A stretch of DNA of 64,000 nucleotides, taken from NCBI GenBank assembly GCA_046754245.1, contig JBHHVL010000002.1, positions 21,540 through 85,539 on the forward strand, in the 5' to 3' direction. Under the pieces are notes generated by a model. It made no database searches, had not been told where the DNA came from, and was given only the letters and a program-made list of their open reading frames with translations. The position numbers and the translations under genes are program-made. The stretch is from Candidatus Binatia bacterium. Its GTDB lineage: Bacteria > Desulfobacterota > Binatia > UBA1149. Positions 26,399-35,637 of this stretch are shown here, in pieces; the first letter of the stretch is position 1, and every line of letters starts with the position of its first letter.

Positions 26399-27280
26399 TC
26401 AGGACAGCTTTGCCAGCCAATCCGATATCGCTCGGCCTATTTCGTCGGGGGAGTCCTCCTGTACGAAATGCACCCCGTTTACGGTCACCTCTTCTTGGTT
26501 GGGCCAAGTCCTACAGTAGTCTAGAACGGCGCCCCGGATGAGAGCCCCCGGTTCCGCGTTGATCAAGAGCTTCGGCGTCGAACTGTGCTCCATCCAGTCA
26601 CCATAGGAGCTCACGATCTCGGCGACGTCTCCGGGATCTCCGTCAATCGGTATTTCGCGTGGCCAGGTAAGCGTAGGACGCCTCCCTTCCCCTGGCTGGG
26701 AGAAAGGTCGGCGGTACTGTTCCATTTCCGCTTCGGAGAGTTTTCGCAGGACGGCGCCGGGCAACACCTGTTCCACGAACGTGTTCTGCTCAAGGATCAT
26801 CGCCTCTCCTTCCGGAGAGCGAAACGCCTTAAACACCGGCGCCACGGGTTGGGGAAAATCATCCCAGCTTATAGTCTTTACCACGCCCTCCATGTAGGCG
26901 ATCGCTTTTACGGCGTCGCGGTGCTGGTTCGCCCAGTCCAGACCCAGTGCCGCTCCCCAGTCATGGAGAACGAGGGTGACGTTGTCGCTGACGCCGAGTT
27001 CCGACAGGAGTTCGGCGAGGTATCCGCGGTGTTCGACGAAGCGGTAGCTGCCAGGACCGCTATCCGCGAGCTTGTCCGAATCGCCCATTCCGACGAGGTC
27101 CGGTGCTATGCAGCGCCCCTGGTCTTCGAGATAGGGGATGACGTTGCGCCACAGGTAGGAAGAGGTCGGGTTGCCGTGCAAGAAGACGATGGGGTCTCCT
27201 TCACCAGCCTCGATGTATGCCATGCCTACGCCGTCGACGGTTCTGCTGCGTTTCTCGTACTTAAGCTCTGGTGAGATCAT
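26399..27280 (-). CDS. Haloalkane dehalogenase (HLD-II-like alpha/beta hydrolase)
   Basis: IVFLHGNPTSSYLWRNVIPYL and the nucleophile elbow VLHDWG. ATG at 27280 gives about 293 aa. The upstream TTG at 27313 is possible. Confidence 0.85.
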   Translation of the reverse strand: MISPELKYEKRSRTVDGVGMAYIEAGEGDPIVFLHGNPTSSYLWRNVIPYLEDQGRCIAPDLVGMGDSDKLADSGPGSYRFVEHRGYLAELLSELGVSDNVTLVLHDWGAALGLDWANQHRDAVKAIAYMEGVVKTISWDDFPQPVAPVFKAFRSPEGEAMILEQNTFVEQVLPGAVLRKLSEAEMEQYRRPFSQPGEGRRPTLTWPREIPIDGDPGDVAEIVSSYGDWMEHSSTPKLLINAEPGALIRGAVLDYCRTWPNQEEVTVNGVHFVQEDSPDEIGRAISDWLAKLS

Positions 27281-27522
27281 CGCACTGGTTCTCCTCCCCC
27301 CTGGTGTCGCCAAGCATGTTGGTGGCTGTCGTCAGAGCGCCTACCACGACAACGCGCGGGTCGTTTCATATGGGCGTGATCATGTCAACAGCTTCGATCC
27401 CGCAGCGCGGTGGTCGGATACGACGCTACCGCGTTGCTAGGTGGCGTGGTCGCGCGGAGCTCGTCATTGCTCGTGTGAGTGCCGGGGTTGCATTCAGCGA
27501 GGGGGGAAACTATTCGACGGCC

Positions 27523-28203
27523 ATGTCGGGAAAGCCGCCGGGACTACTGACCAACAGGGGGATGCCACACGTCCTTCGGCGCATCCGCGAAGCCTACGGA
27601 AGCTGGAACGCTCCGGTCGTCACCTTGATCGCCAACACCACCCGCGATCCTTACCGGGTGCTGGCTTCTTGCATACTGAGCCTGCGAACCCAGGACGGGA
27701 CCACCACGGAGGCTAGCCAGCGGCTGTTTGCACTCGCGCCGGATGTCTACGCTCTCGCCGCGGCCGATGTGGGCGCGGTCAAGCGAGCCATCTACCCGGT
27801 AGGGTTTTACAACACCAAGGCGCCACAGCTGGTGGAGATGGCTGGACGCATCGTTCGGGATTTTGGCGGCCGCGTCCCCGATGATCTCGATACCCTGCTC
27901 AGCTTCAAGGGGGTGGGGCGCAAGACGGCCAACCTCGTCATCACCGCGGGCTACGGCAAGCTGGGAATCTGCGTAGATACCCACGTCCACCGGATCTCCA
28001 ACCGCTGGGGCTACACCAACACCACGACACCGGAAAAAACAGAGGCGGCCCTGCGGGCGAAGTTGCCCCGCCGATACTGGCTGGAATACAATGACCTGCT
28101 CGTCGCTTTCGGCCAGACCCTGTGCCGGCCCTCGTCGCCCCGCTGTAGCGAGTGTCCGGTGTCGCGCTGGTGTCCGCGCCTAGGGGTCGCCCGGAGCCGC
28201 TGA
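27523..28203 (+). CDS. nth: Endonuclease III (HhH-GPD DNA glycosylase/AP lyase)
   Basis: HhH motif LSFKGVGRKTANLV. [4Fe-4S] ligands C-x6-C-x2-C-x5-C (CRPSSPRCSECPVSRWC). ATG at 27523 gives a typical 226-aa length. Confidence 0.8.
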   Translation: MSGKPPGLLTNRGMPHVLRRIREAYGSWNAPVVTLIANTTRDPYRVLASCILSLRTQDGTTTEASQRLFALAPDVYALAAADVGAVKRAIYPVGFYNTKAPQLVEMAGRIVRDFGGRVPDDLDTLLSFKGVGRKTANLVITAGYGKLGICVDTHVHRISNRWGYTNTTTPEKTEAALRAKLPRRYWLEYNDLLVAFGQTLCRPSSPRCSECPVSRWCPRLGVARSR

Positions 28204-28215
28204 GGGCTAAGGGGG

Positions 28216-31200
28216 CTAGAGTCTGGTCACTCGGCGGTAGATCCGGGTCAGTTCTTCGGGTAGCTCCTCGATATTCTCGATGATCGCGTAGCGGCTTGTC
28301 GGGCACATGTCGCGTAGATAGTCGTGGCCGGCGGGGTCGACGGTGATGCAGAACGACTTTACGCCAAGGTTTTCCACTTCTCGCAATGCGGTTGCGGTGT
28401 CGCGCAGGCCGTAGGTGTTCGACCGGCGGTCGTCCCCGTAGTCGTGGTCTTGGGGAAAACCGTCGCTGAGCAGGATGAGGTGTCGCGAACGAGCGGTTAC
28501 GCGCGAGAGTTTTTCGGCGGAATGGCGAAGCGCGGCGCCCATGCGAGTCGAACGTTTCGGTGTTATGCCCCCGACGCGTGACTTCACACGCGCGGTCAGA
28601 CGTTCGGAGAACGCCTTTACGTGGAAGTACTCGACGTTGTCTCTGCCGTGCCCGGAGAACCCGTACATCGCGTACGAATCGCCGATGTCCTCGAGGACTT
28701 CGGACATCACGACGAGCGTCTCCTTGAACAGATCGATCACGCAGCGAAGCCCTGGATCGTGCGCACCACCCCCCTCGTTCTTTAGGGGCTCGTCGGTAGA
28801 CGCGCTCATGTCGACGAGAAAAAGGGTGGCGACATCACGCTCTTGCCGTCGCCGCGCGACGTAATAACGGTCGGTTGGTGACCGCCGCGAGCGACGTTCG
28901 GCGTGTGCGTCGATCAGCGCGTTGAGGTCAAAGTCTTCACCGTCCTCCATCCCACGTACCTTACGGTACTGGTCCGGCTTCATTCTCTGAAACTCGTGCT
29001 TGATCATCTGGATCAGCTCGCCCGAAGCGGCGAGTACACGGTGGAAGTACTCGCCGCCGTCCCCGTCGACCACGAGTTCCGACAGGCGACACCAATCCTT
29101 GCGGTAGTCGCTTATGAGATAGTCCCACTCGTCGTAACGGTAGCTGGCGCCGCTGCTCTGGAGGTTCAGCCATCTGCGAACGCCAGATACGTCGCCGGCC
29201 GCCAGCTTGGTGCGCAGATCAGCGAGCGTCTGCGCTGGCAACTTGCCGAGCAGGTCCGTGATGTACAATCCCAGGCTCGCCTGTTCCTGGCCGCGAGATT
29301 CCGACAGGAGCAGGTCGTCGGCTTCTTCGAGCAAGCGACGAATCTCTTCCGCGCTGAGCGGCCTGGCACCAGCGCCGGGGTGGTCGTCGGTATCGTCAAG
29401 CCGGACCGAGAGATCCTGCTCCCCCGACACCGATTCGTCGCGGGTGTCTTGACCGCCCTCGTCGTCACCGGCGGTGGGCATGGATCCGCTCCCGCCGTAC
29501 TCGAGGTGCTCGAGGGGGTCTATTACCGTCGCCCCTCCGGCTTCGATGGCCACGGCCTCTTCCTCGTCTACCGCCCGCGCGTCAGCCAGCGACAGCTCGC
29601 TGTAGAAGCCGCAGAACAACGCCGCGCTATCGTAGACCGTAGCTCCCTCGGAGCGGAGCAAGTCGAGGGCCGGCGCGAGGGAACGACCGAAGGCGCGCAA
29701 CCGGGGCGCGAGCCCAGCTGCGCTGCGGCGGCCGACGGTCATGTGGAACAGGGCCTCGAGTAGAGACTCGGCGGGACGGTCGGGGGCCTGCAGTGGCGGG
29801 TTGGCCGCGTAGTGGCGACCCAAACGATCCATGTCTTCGGCCAGACCCGCGAATTCACGCTCAATGCAAGAATCGATGCGGGCTCCCTCGAGCAAGACGA
29901 AGAGCGCCGACGCGAGCAAGGGGTTGGGGTAGGAATTAAGCAGTGAGACGACGTCGTCGCCTTCCGGCTCTTCTCCGGCGCCTCCGGGCGGGCGCCAGCC
30001 CAAGCGCCGAAACCAGTCAAGGTTGAAGTCGTAGGTTCCGTACTCCCAGCGACCCGCGAAATGCGCGGCTGTGAGCTTGTAGAAGAGCTGGTTGTCTTCC
30101 GAATTATCGCAGAGGTCGACCCGCTCTGGCAGCTGCAGAGCCGTATCATCGGGGGCGTAAAGCGGGGGCCTGTACCACACTCCGGGCGAACTGGTCAGCT
30201 GAAAGTGCCGGCGCGACATCATCACGAGATAGCGTTGGATCAGCCCCTCTACTTCTTCGAAAGCGACCGCCGCCGTATGTTGCACGAGCACCTTGTGTGA
30301 GGTCCGGCTCTGGAGGTTGAAGTAAGCCTGTCCGGCGTCCCTGCTGCGCTCACCGAGTTCGGCTCCCTTTCTTACCCAGAGTTCGAAGCCTTCACGGCCC
30401 CCCTCCTCGAGAGCCCGGCACATGGTGCGCAGGTACGCCGGAAGCCCGGACGGAAACCGCGCGGCGACGGCTGGCGCCGACGAGAGCACGAGATCGATGC
30501 TTTCCCCGTCGAGGGCGTGCGTGAGCGCTGGCAACAGGGATACCGATTCGACGAGTCCCTCCGCGGACGGGTCTTGTTCGAGCGCTGAGAGCAGATCGTC
30601 ACCACCGTGACGTGGGAGCGAGGACAGTGACCTCGGTAGACGCGACAGCATGTTGGGAGCGGCGAGGGGGTTGACCGCCGCTAGTCGAGAGCACAGATTG
30701 AGCACCCGCAGTTGATGGTCGGGGGAAAGACCGCCCAGTTCGGCGGGCGGTTCGGGGGCTCGGGCGCGCCGGCCGAGGGAGGACAACAGCTCGACACAGG
30801 TCACCCAGCCGGGGACCGCGGGGGGCGCCAGCGACGCCAACAGGTTGGCGGCGGAAGCGGTGATCGCCTTAGCCGTAAACTCTGAGCGCCAACCGCCGCC
30901 GTCAACCAGGCTGGTCAAAGCCTCGCGCCAGGCCGCGATTTGTTGGCGCTGTGGCGGCCGCTTGGAGCACAGTACGGGTCCGGTAACGGTCACGAACTGA
31001 GCACCGAGTCGCCGCGACCGTCGCGAAAGGTCTCGCGAACAAGCGAGCCATTCCTGCCTGCACTCGGGCGGGAGCGACATGAAGCGGTCCTGGTCAAGCC
31101 CGAAGAAGGCGTCGGCGGCTTCCCTGTACTCGATATCGTCGCCCATCACGTCGAGAGCACAGTGCTTCCACTCCTCGAACCGAGAAGCCGCCGCGCGCAG

Positions 31201-31395
31201 TATACCAACGGCGGCGATTAGGTAGATATGCGAGAGGGTGACTGAACGCTTGGCGATACGATCCCCCAGCGCGAGAACTCGATCACGGCTTTCCGCGTCG
31301 AGACTTGTCACGAAAGCGACGGCGTCTGCCCCGGCGTTACTTCGTGACAGATGTCCACTCGCCAGCCAGCCTCTGTCAGCCGACATCTCAACCAC
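28216..31395 (-). CDS. CbbO/NorD-like VWA-domain protein (1059 aa)
   Basis: NorD/CbbO hallmark YRYDEWDYLISDYRKDWCRL. C-terminal VWA with MIDAS motif LFLVDMSASTDE. Follows a CbbQ/NorQ-type ATPase gene. Confidence 0.8.
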   Translation of the reverse strand: MVEMSADRGWLASGHLSRSNAGADAVAFVTSLDAESRDRVLALGDRIAKRSVTLSHIYLIAAVGILRAAASRFEEWKHCALDVMGDDIEYREAADAFFGLDQDRFMSLPPECRQEWLACSRDLSRRSRRLGAQFVTVTGPVLCSKRPPQRQQIAAWREALTSLVDGGGWRSEFTAKAITASAANLLASLAPPAVPGWVTCVELLSSLGRRARAPEPPAELGGLSPDHQLRVLNLCSRLAAVNPLAAPNMLSRLPRSLSSLPRHGGDDLLSALEQDPSAEGLVESVSLLPALTHALDGESIDLVLSSAPAVAARFPSGLPAYLRTMCRALEEGGREGFELWVRKGAELGERSRDAGQAYFNLQSRTSHKVLVQHTAAVAFEEVEGLIQRYLVMMSRRHFQLTSSPGVWYRPPLYAPDDTALQLPERVDLCDNSEDNQLFYKLTAAHFAGRWEYGTYDFNLDWFRRLGWRPPGGAGEEPEGDDVVSLLNSYPNPLLASALFVLLEGARIDSCIEREFAGLAEDMDRLGRHYAANPPLQAPDRPAESLLEALFHMTVGRRSAAGLAPRLRAFGRSLAPALDLLRSEGATVYDSAALFCGFYSELSLADARAVDEEEAVAIEAGGATVIDPLEHLEYGGSGSMPTAGDDEGGQDTRDESVSGEQDLSVRLDDTDDHPGAGARPLSAEEIRRLLEEADDLLLSESRGQEQASLGLYITDLLGKLPAQTLADLRTKLAAGDVSGVRRWLNLQSSGASYRYDEWDYLISDYRKDWCRLSELVVDGDGGEYFHRVLAASGELIQMIKHEFQRMKPDQYRKVRGMEDGEDFDLNALIDAHAERRSRRSPTDRYYVARRRQERDVATLFLVDMSASTDEPLKNEGGGAHDPGLRCVIDLFKETLVVMSEVLEDIGDSYAMYGFSGHGRDNVEYFHVKAFSERLTARVKSRVGGITPKRSTRMGAALRHSAEKLSRVTARSRHLILLSDGFPQDHDYGDDRRSNTYGLRDTATALREVENLGVKSFCITVDPAGHDYLRDMCPTSRYAIIENIEELPEELTRIYRRVTRL

Positions 31396-31458
31396 CGACC
31401 GTACAGGTCATGAGGGTGGGGGTGGCACGGTTCCACGCTGCGAGATGACGATTCCCAT

Positions 31459-32286
31459 TCAAGACGCCGGGAAGATCGAGAAAGCGAGTTCGGCGATGGC
31501 GTCCTGGGTCGCGGCGTCGTCGGTGAGGGCTCGGATGATCGTGGCTTCGCAGGCCCGCCGGGAAGAGAGCCCGCTGCACACGAGCTGGGCCGCGTATACC
31601 AGCAAGCGGGTGCTCACGCCTTCCTCGAGCCCGCTGGCCTTGAGTTCGCGTACGCGCTCACCCAGATGAGCGAGATCCATCGCGACCTCCATCGATACCC
31701 CGCTTTCGTGGCTGATGATCTCGGCCTCTTTATCACGAGGAGGGTAGGTGAACTCCAGCGTTACAAAGCGTTGTCTCGTCGAGGGCTTGAGGTCCTTGAG
31801 TACGCTCTGATAACCGGGGTTGTAGGACACGACGAGCATGAAACCAGGCGCGGCGGAAATGATTTCCCCGAGCTTGTCGACCGGCAGAATTCGCCTGTGA
31901 TCGGTCAGGGGGTGAACGAGGACCATCGTGTCCTTGCGCGCTTCGACGATTTCATCCAGGTAGCAGATCGCTCCGCTACGAACCGCCTGGGTCAGCGGGC
32001 CATCCATCCAGATGGTTTCGTCCCCGCGAATCAGGTAGCGTCCCACGAGATCGCTGCCAGTGAGGTCCTCGTTACAGGCGACGGTGATGAGGGGAGTCGG
32101 CCGCTGGTCGGTTGCTTCGACGCGCTTCCAGGTCATGTACTCCACGAAGCGGGTTTTCCCACAGCCCGTCGGCCCCTTGAGCAGAACCGGCAACGCGAGA
32201 TCATACGCCGCGTTGAAGACGTCGACCTCGTCTCCGATCGGCAGGTACCAAGGGGCCTCGGCTCCTCCCTGTAGATCTTTGCTCAC
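31459..32286 (-). CDS. CbbQ/NorQ/NirQ-type MoxR AAA+ ATPase
   Basis: Walker [16 protein letters not shown] and Walker [11 protein letters not shown]. The GTG at 32286 overlaps the upstream stop (GTGA). The longer ORF N-terminus is Arg-rich and overlaps the TPR gene. Confidence 0.85.
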   Translation of the reverse strand: MSKDLQGGAEAPWYLPIGDEVDVFNAAYDLALPVLLKGPTGCGKTRFVEYMTWKRVEATDQRPTPLITVACNEDLTGSDLVGRYLIRGDETIWMDGPLTQAVRSGAICYLDEIVEARKDTMVLVHPLTDHRRILPVDKLGEIISAAPGFMLVVSYNPGYQSVLKDLKPSTRQRFVTLEFTYPPRDKEAEIISHESGVSMEVAMDLAHLGERVRELKASGLEEGVSTRLLVYAAQLVCSGLSSRRACEATIIRALTDDAATQDAIAELAFSIFPAS

Positions 32287-33512
32287 TGCACCTCGGGTTC
32301 GTCGAAGGCACCGACGAACTCTTTTCCGTCGAGCCTGTCCATCACCGCACCGCCCGGGCGGTCTACGAGTTCCAGATTCACCGCGGCGTCGAGATCGTGG
32401 GTGCGAGACAGCGCCGCGATGCCTTCGTTGATCTTTGCCTTGAACTTGTTTCGTACCACAGCTGGCATTTTGTCCATCGGGAAGCCCTGGAAATAGACGC
32501 GCGCGTTCGCCGGGCCGCTCCACTCCACGGCGGCGATCTTGGGTCCGACTATGGGGTGGTCGAGTAGCAGGGCTTCGACGGAACGCTGGAACGGTGAACC
32601 GGAATTCGTGGAGGGGACCTTGCCCTGGCTGTTCGGCCGCTGCCCAGACGGCCTGGACGCGGGACGCCCTTCGGCCGCGGCGATCATGCCGTCGATCTTG
32701 TCACGCTGACTCGGGTCGTCCGTGAGTTCCCTGGCTCGCTGAAGGTTGCGTAGCGCGCCCTTGGTGTCCCCCTCGCTGTGAAGAATCAGGGCCAGGTTGT
32801 ACCAGGCCTGCATGAACTCGGGGTCGAGTTCTATGACCCGGTTGTAGACGGCTTTCGCCTCATCGAACTTGTCCTGGAACAGGAGCGCGGATCCGAGATC
32901 GGTAAGTACGGCCTCATCGTCGGCGTTCAGCTCGAGGTAGCGGCGGAACAGGGCTTCGGCGTCGGCGAAACGGCTGTTCTCGTACTCGAGGTTTCCCGAA
33001 AGGCGAATCGCTTCCGAATTATCGGCGTCGAGTTCGAGAACGTGCTCCAGTGCGCGCCGAGCGTCGGCGTAGTGCCGGCGATCGAACCGTCCGGCGCGAT
33101 ATCGGGCGCGACCGAGCTGCAACCAGGCCTTGGCATCGTCGGGGGCGTTTTCGGCCTTCTCGGTGAGTTCGTCCAGGAAGGCGATCACCTCCGCCGGGAG
33201 TTCGAGCGGCGGGTGATTCGCCGGAACCGCCGAGGGGTCGCCCATGGCTGCGTTGCCGGGGTTGCCGCTGACCGCTCTCACCGCCGTGGTGGGTCGAGAC
33301 CCGAGGTGGACGAGAACCGCGGCCCCGACGCTCGCGAAGAACACGAAAACCATCAGCGCCTGGGGCGGTACGGAGCGGCGAGCGGCCGCCGGGGTCGGGA
33401 GCCGCGGGCTATTGCCGACGGCGGCGCCGCAGCTGGGACAAAAGGAGGCCGGCCCGCCGAGAGCCGACCCACAAGTGCTACAATAGGAGTTCAGAGGCGA
33501 AGACGCGGTCAT
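32283..33512 (-). CDS. Zinc-ribbon / single-TM / TPR-repeat protein
   Basis: N-terminal [19 protein letters not shown], a TM helix ([17 protein letters not shown]), about 5 TPR repeats, and an unassigned C-terminal ~110 aa. Confidence 0.7.
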   Translation of the reverse strand: MTASSPLNSYCSTCGSALGGPASFCPSCGAAVGNSPRLPTPAAARRSVPPQALMVFVFFASVGAAVLVHLGSRPTTAVRAVSGNPGNAAMGDPSAVPANHPPLELPAEVIAFLDELTEKAENAPDDAKAWLQLGRARYRAGRFDRRHYADARRALEHVLELDADNSEAIRLSGNLEYENSRFADAEALFRRYLELNADDEAVLTDLGSALLFQDKFDEAKAVYNRVIELDPEFMQAWYNLALILHSEGDTKGALRNLQRARELTDDPSQRDKIDGMIAAAEGRPASRPSGQRPNSQGKVPSTNSGSPFQRSVEALLLDHPIVGPKIAAVEWSGPANARVYFQGFPMDKMPAVVRNKFKAKINEGIAALSRTHDLDAAVNLELVDRPGGAVMDRLDGKEFVGAFDEPEVQ

Positions 33513-33653
33513 ATTTGCGCTACCTATCAGGGATTGGCCAAGGGTTTAAGCCCGCGCGGCGGCCAGAGCACCCGAAACAGGATCCTGCAGTCGGAATGCA
33601 GTATAATCTCAGCGACATTTCGCTCGATTAACACAAGGAAACAGCCTGGTTTT

Positions 33654-34772
33654 ATGAATGCCATCAAGAAAGCGTGGAACGGTAGCAATCCGAAAATTCG
33701 TTCGTCCGTCACCACCCTGATCAAGGGCGCACTCACGGTCGGTGCGTTCTACCTGTTACTCAGTCACAAGGTCACCGCCGACGACGGTACGGAGGTCACC
33801 ACGTTCGTGGCCATACGGCGCTACCTTCCCAACATCGACGCTTCGGTATTCTGGAGATTCGTCTTTCTGGCCACCGCCGTGAAATTTATAGGCATCATGG
33901 CGAGTATGTACCGCTGGACGTTGCTGCTCAAGGGCCAGGGCGTGGAGCTGCCGTTTTGGCACATCTTCGGGAGCTTCCTCATTGGACGTTTTCTCGGTAC
34001 CTTCCTGCCGTCTACGGTGGGTCTCGACGGCTATAAGCTCTATGACGCCGCTCGCTTCAGTCACCGCACCGTCGAAGCGACCGCGGCGACCGTCGTTGAG
34101 AAAGTGCTCGGGGTGGTGGGCATTTTCATCACCTTCCTCGTAGCCATGCCGTTCGGATTGTCCGTTCTAGGCAAGAACGCGGGCAAGGTCGCGATGCTCA
34201 CGGTGCCGATATCCCTCGGTGTGATCGTGGGGTTCTTCGCCATACTGTTCCAACCTGGGCTCGCTCGGTGGTTCATAGAGAATTTCCCGCTACCGGCTCG
34301 TCAACGCATCGCAGGATTCATCACGCGTGTATCCGACGCGGCGACGGCGTACAGCCAACACAAGATGGTTCTGGTCAATGCTGCCTTTCAGAGTTTTGTC
34401 GTGCATTTTACCACCGCCGCCATGTACTTCTTCACGGCCCTGGCGATTGGAGCTGTCGGTGCGAGCTTCTGGCAGGTGACCTTCGCGTCGTCGATCCAGA
34501 TCTTCGCGACGGTTGTCTCCCCCTTCACGATCGCCGGCGAAGGCGTACGCGAGATAGTGCAGTCTCTGTTGCTGGCGAAACACATGGGTACCTCGCAGTC
34601 GATCATATCGGCGGCTCTGGGGTTCTGGGCGGCTGAAGCGATGACCCTGACGGGCGCGTTCTTCTGGTGGGGCCGGAAGAGAGACTATCGGCCCGCCTGG
34701 GTACTGGTGGACGGCGAAGAGGTTGAAGCCCCCTTCGAGACTTCCGTGGAGAGTCGGATCAGCGCGGGCTGA
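33654..34772 (+). CDS. Flippase-like / lysylphosphatidylglycerol-synthase TM-region (UPF0104) membrane protein
   Basis: ATG at 33654 preceded by AAGGAAA. Polytopic. Has the family-typical segment FLIGRFLGTFLPSTVGLDGYKLYD. The upstream 290 aa of the ORF is antisense to the TPR gene. Confidence 0.7.
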   Translation: MNAIKKAWNGSNPKIRSSVTTLIKGALTVGAFYLLLSHKVTADDGTEVTTFVAIRRYLPNIDASVFWRFVFLATAVKFIGIMASMYRWTLLLKGQGVELPFWHIFGSFLIGRFLGTFLPSTVGLDGYKLYDAARFSHRTVEATAATVVEKVLGVVGIFITFLVAMPFGLSVLGKNAGKVAMLTVPISLGVIVGFFAILFQPGLARWFIENFPLPARQRIAGFITRVSDAATAYSQHKMVLVNAAFQSFVVHFTTAAMYFFTALAIGAVGASFWQVTFASSIQIFATVVSPFTIAGEGVREIVQSLLLAKHMGTSQSIISAALGFWAAEAMTLTGAFFWWGRKRDYRPAWVLVDGEEVEAPFETSVESRISAG

Positions 34773-34774
34773 TG

Positions 34775-34812
34775 AAAAAAGAGGCCGATTCCTCACGGAA
34801 TCGGCCTCTTGC
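34775..34812. terminator. Bidirectional rho-independent terminator
   Basis: Perfect 14-bp stem AAGAGGCCGATTCC-tcac-GGAATCGGCCTCTT (34779..34810). On the minus strand it is followed by a T6 run. Lies between the convergent flippase-like and DsbA genes. Confidence 0.8.
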
Positions 34813-34849
34813 GATCAGATACCTTCGGTCACAGAGGACCCTGCGGATA

Positions 34850-35614
34850 TCAGCCTTTCTTCTTCGCTTTGATGGCGTCCTCGATGAGGCCTTTCCAGAG
34901 TTCGAAGGAGCGGCCCGCGGGTTTCTTGCCGTTGATGAAGAAGGTCGGGGTACCGCGAACGCCGACACTGCCAGCCTGTTTCATCTCGTCGACGATCAGG
35001 GCCTGGGTCGACGGATCGTTCATGTCGCTTTTGAACTTTTCGACGTCGAGACCGATTTCACCCGCGACCTTGACGTAAAGGTCATCGCTCAGAGTGCGGT
35101 AGTTTTCGAACAGCTTATCGTGCATCTCCCAGAACTTGCCCTGCTTACCCGCAGCCACCGCCGCTTTGGCAGCGGGCATGGCGTTCTTGTGGAAGGGTAA
35201 GGGATAGTTCTTGAACACGAACTGTACGTCGTTGGGGAAGGCTTCGACTATCTTTTCTACCAAACTGGTAGCTTGAGCGCAGAACGGTCATTGAAAGTCC
35301 GAGAACTCGACCAGCGTCACGGTCGGTTTCTCGGCGCCCTTCGCAAACGAGTTGCCCTTGGGTATGGTGTAGACCTTGTTGGGGTCCTCGGCCGGTCTCG
35401 AGGGTCTAGCGGCGGCTGGGGCCTTCGCAAGGATCTGCTTCTGACCCGATTTGATACCATCGAGCTTCGAAATAATGTCTTTTTGCTGTGCCTGGATCTC
35501 GTCGACCTTCGTCTTGATATCGCTGATCTCCTGCGGGTCTACGCAGGCTGCGAAATAAAGCGCGAAGACGGCGACCAGCACAGACAAGCGTCTGGCGGTA
35601 CGTCCCGTTACCAT
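34850..35614 (-). CDS. DsbA-family thiol:disulfide oxidoreductase lipoprotein, putative selenoprotein (in-frame TGA at 35288..35290 read as Sec, UPFC motif)
   Basis: ORFs 35288..35614 and 34850..35263 share one frame. The joined sequence ...VTLVEFSDFQ-TGA-PFCAQATSLVEKIV...FKNYPLPFH...GKFWEMHDKLF...GTPTFFINGK is a complete DsbA-like domain with the TGA in place of the first CxxC Cys. Signal peptide plus lipobox (LYFAAC). AGGAGG lies 11 nt upstream of the ATG. Confidence 0.7.
35257..35271 (-). promoter_or_regulatory. Candidate bacterial SECIS hairpin
   Basis: On the mRNA, CUACCA-GUU-UGGUAG (6-bp stem, G-first apical loop) begins 16 nt after the UGA. Confidence 0.4.
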
Positions 35615-35637
35615 TAAATCCCTGTCCTCCTGGGTGT

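Noticed and set aside
26387-26401. In-frame TGA between the haloalkane dehalogenase and the Gfo/Idh/MocA gene
   Set aside because: The dehalogenase C-terminus is complete, and the downstream gene has its own start codons. The shared frame is coincidental.
31459-32523. Long form (354 aa) of the CbbQ/NorQ ORF
   Set aside because: The first 79 residues are Arg-rich and overlap the upstream TPR gene. The GTG at 32286 overlaps that gene's stop and gives a typical ~275-aa CbbQ.
32778-33653. N-terminal 290 codons of ORF 32778..34772
   Set aside because: They are antisense to the zinc-ribbon/TPR gene. A membrane-protein signal starts only at ATG 33654, which has an AAGGAAA ribosome-binding site.
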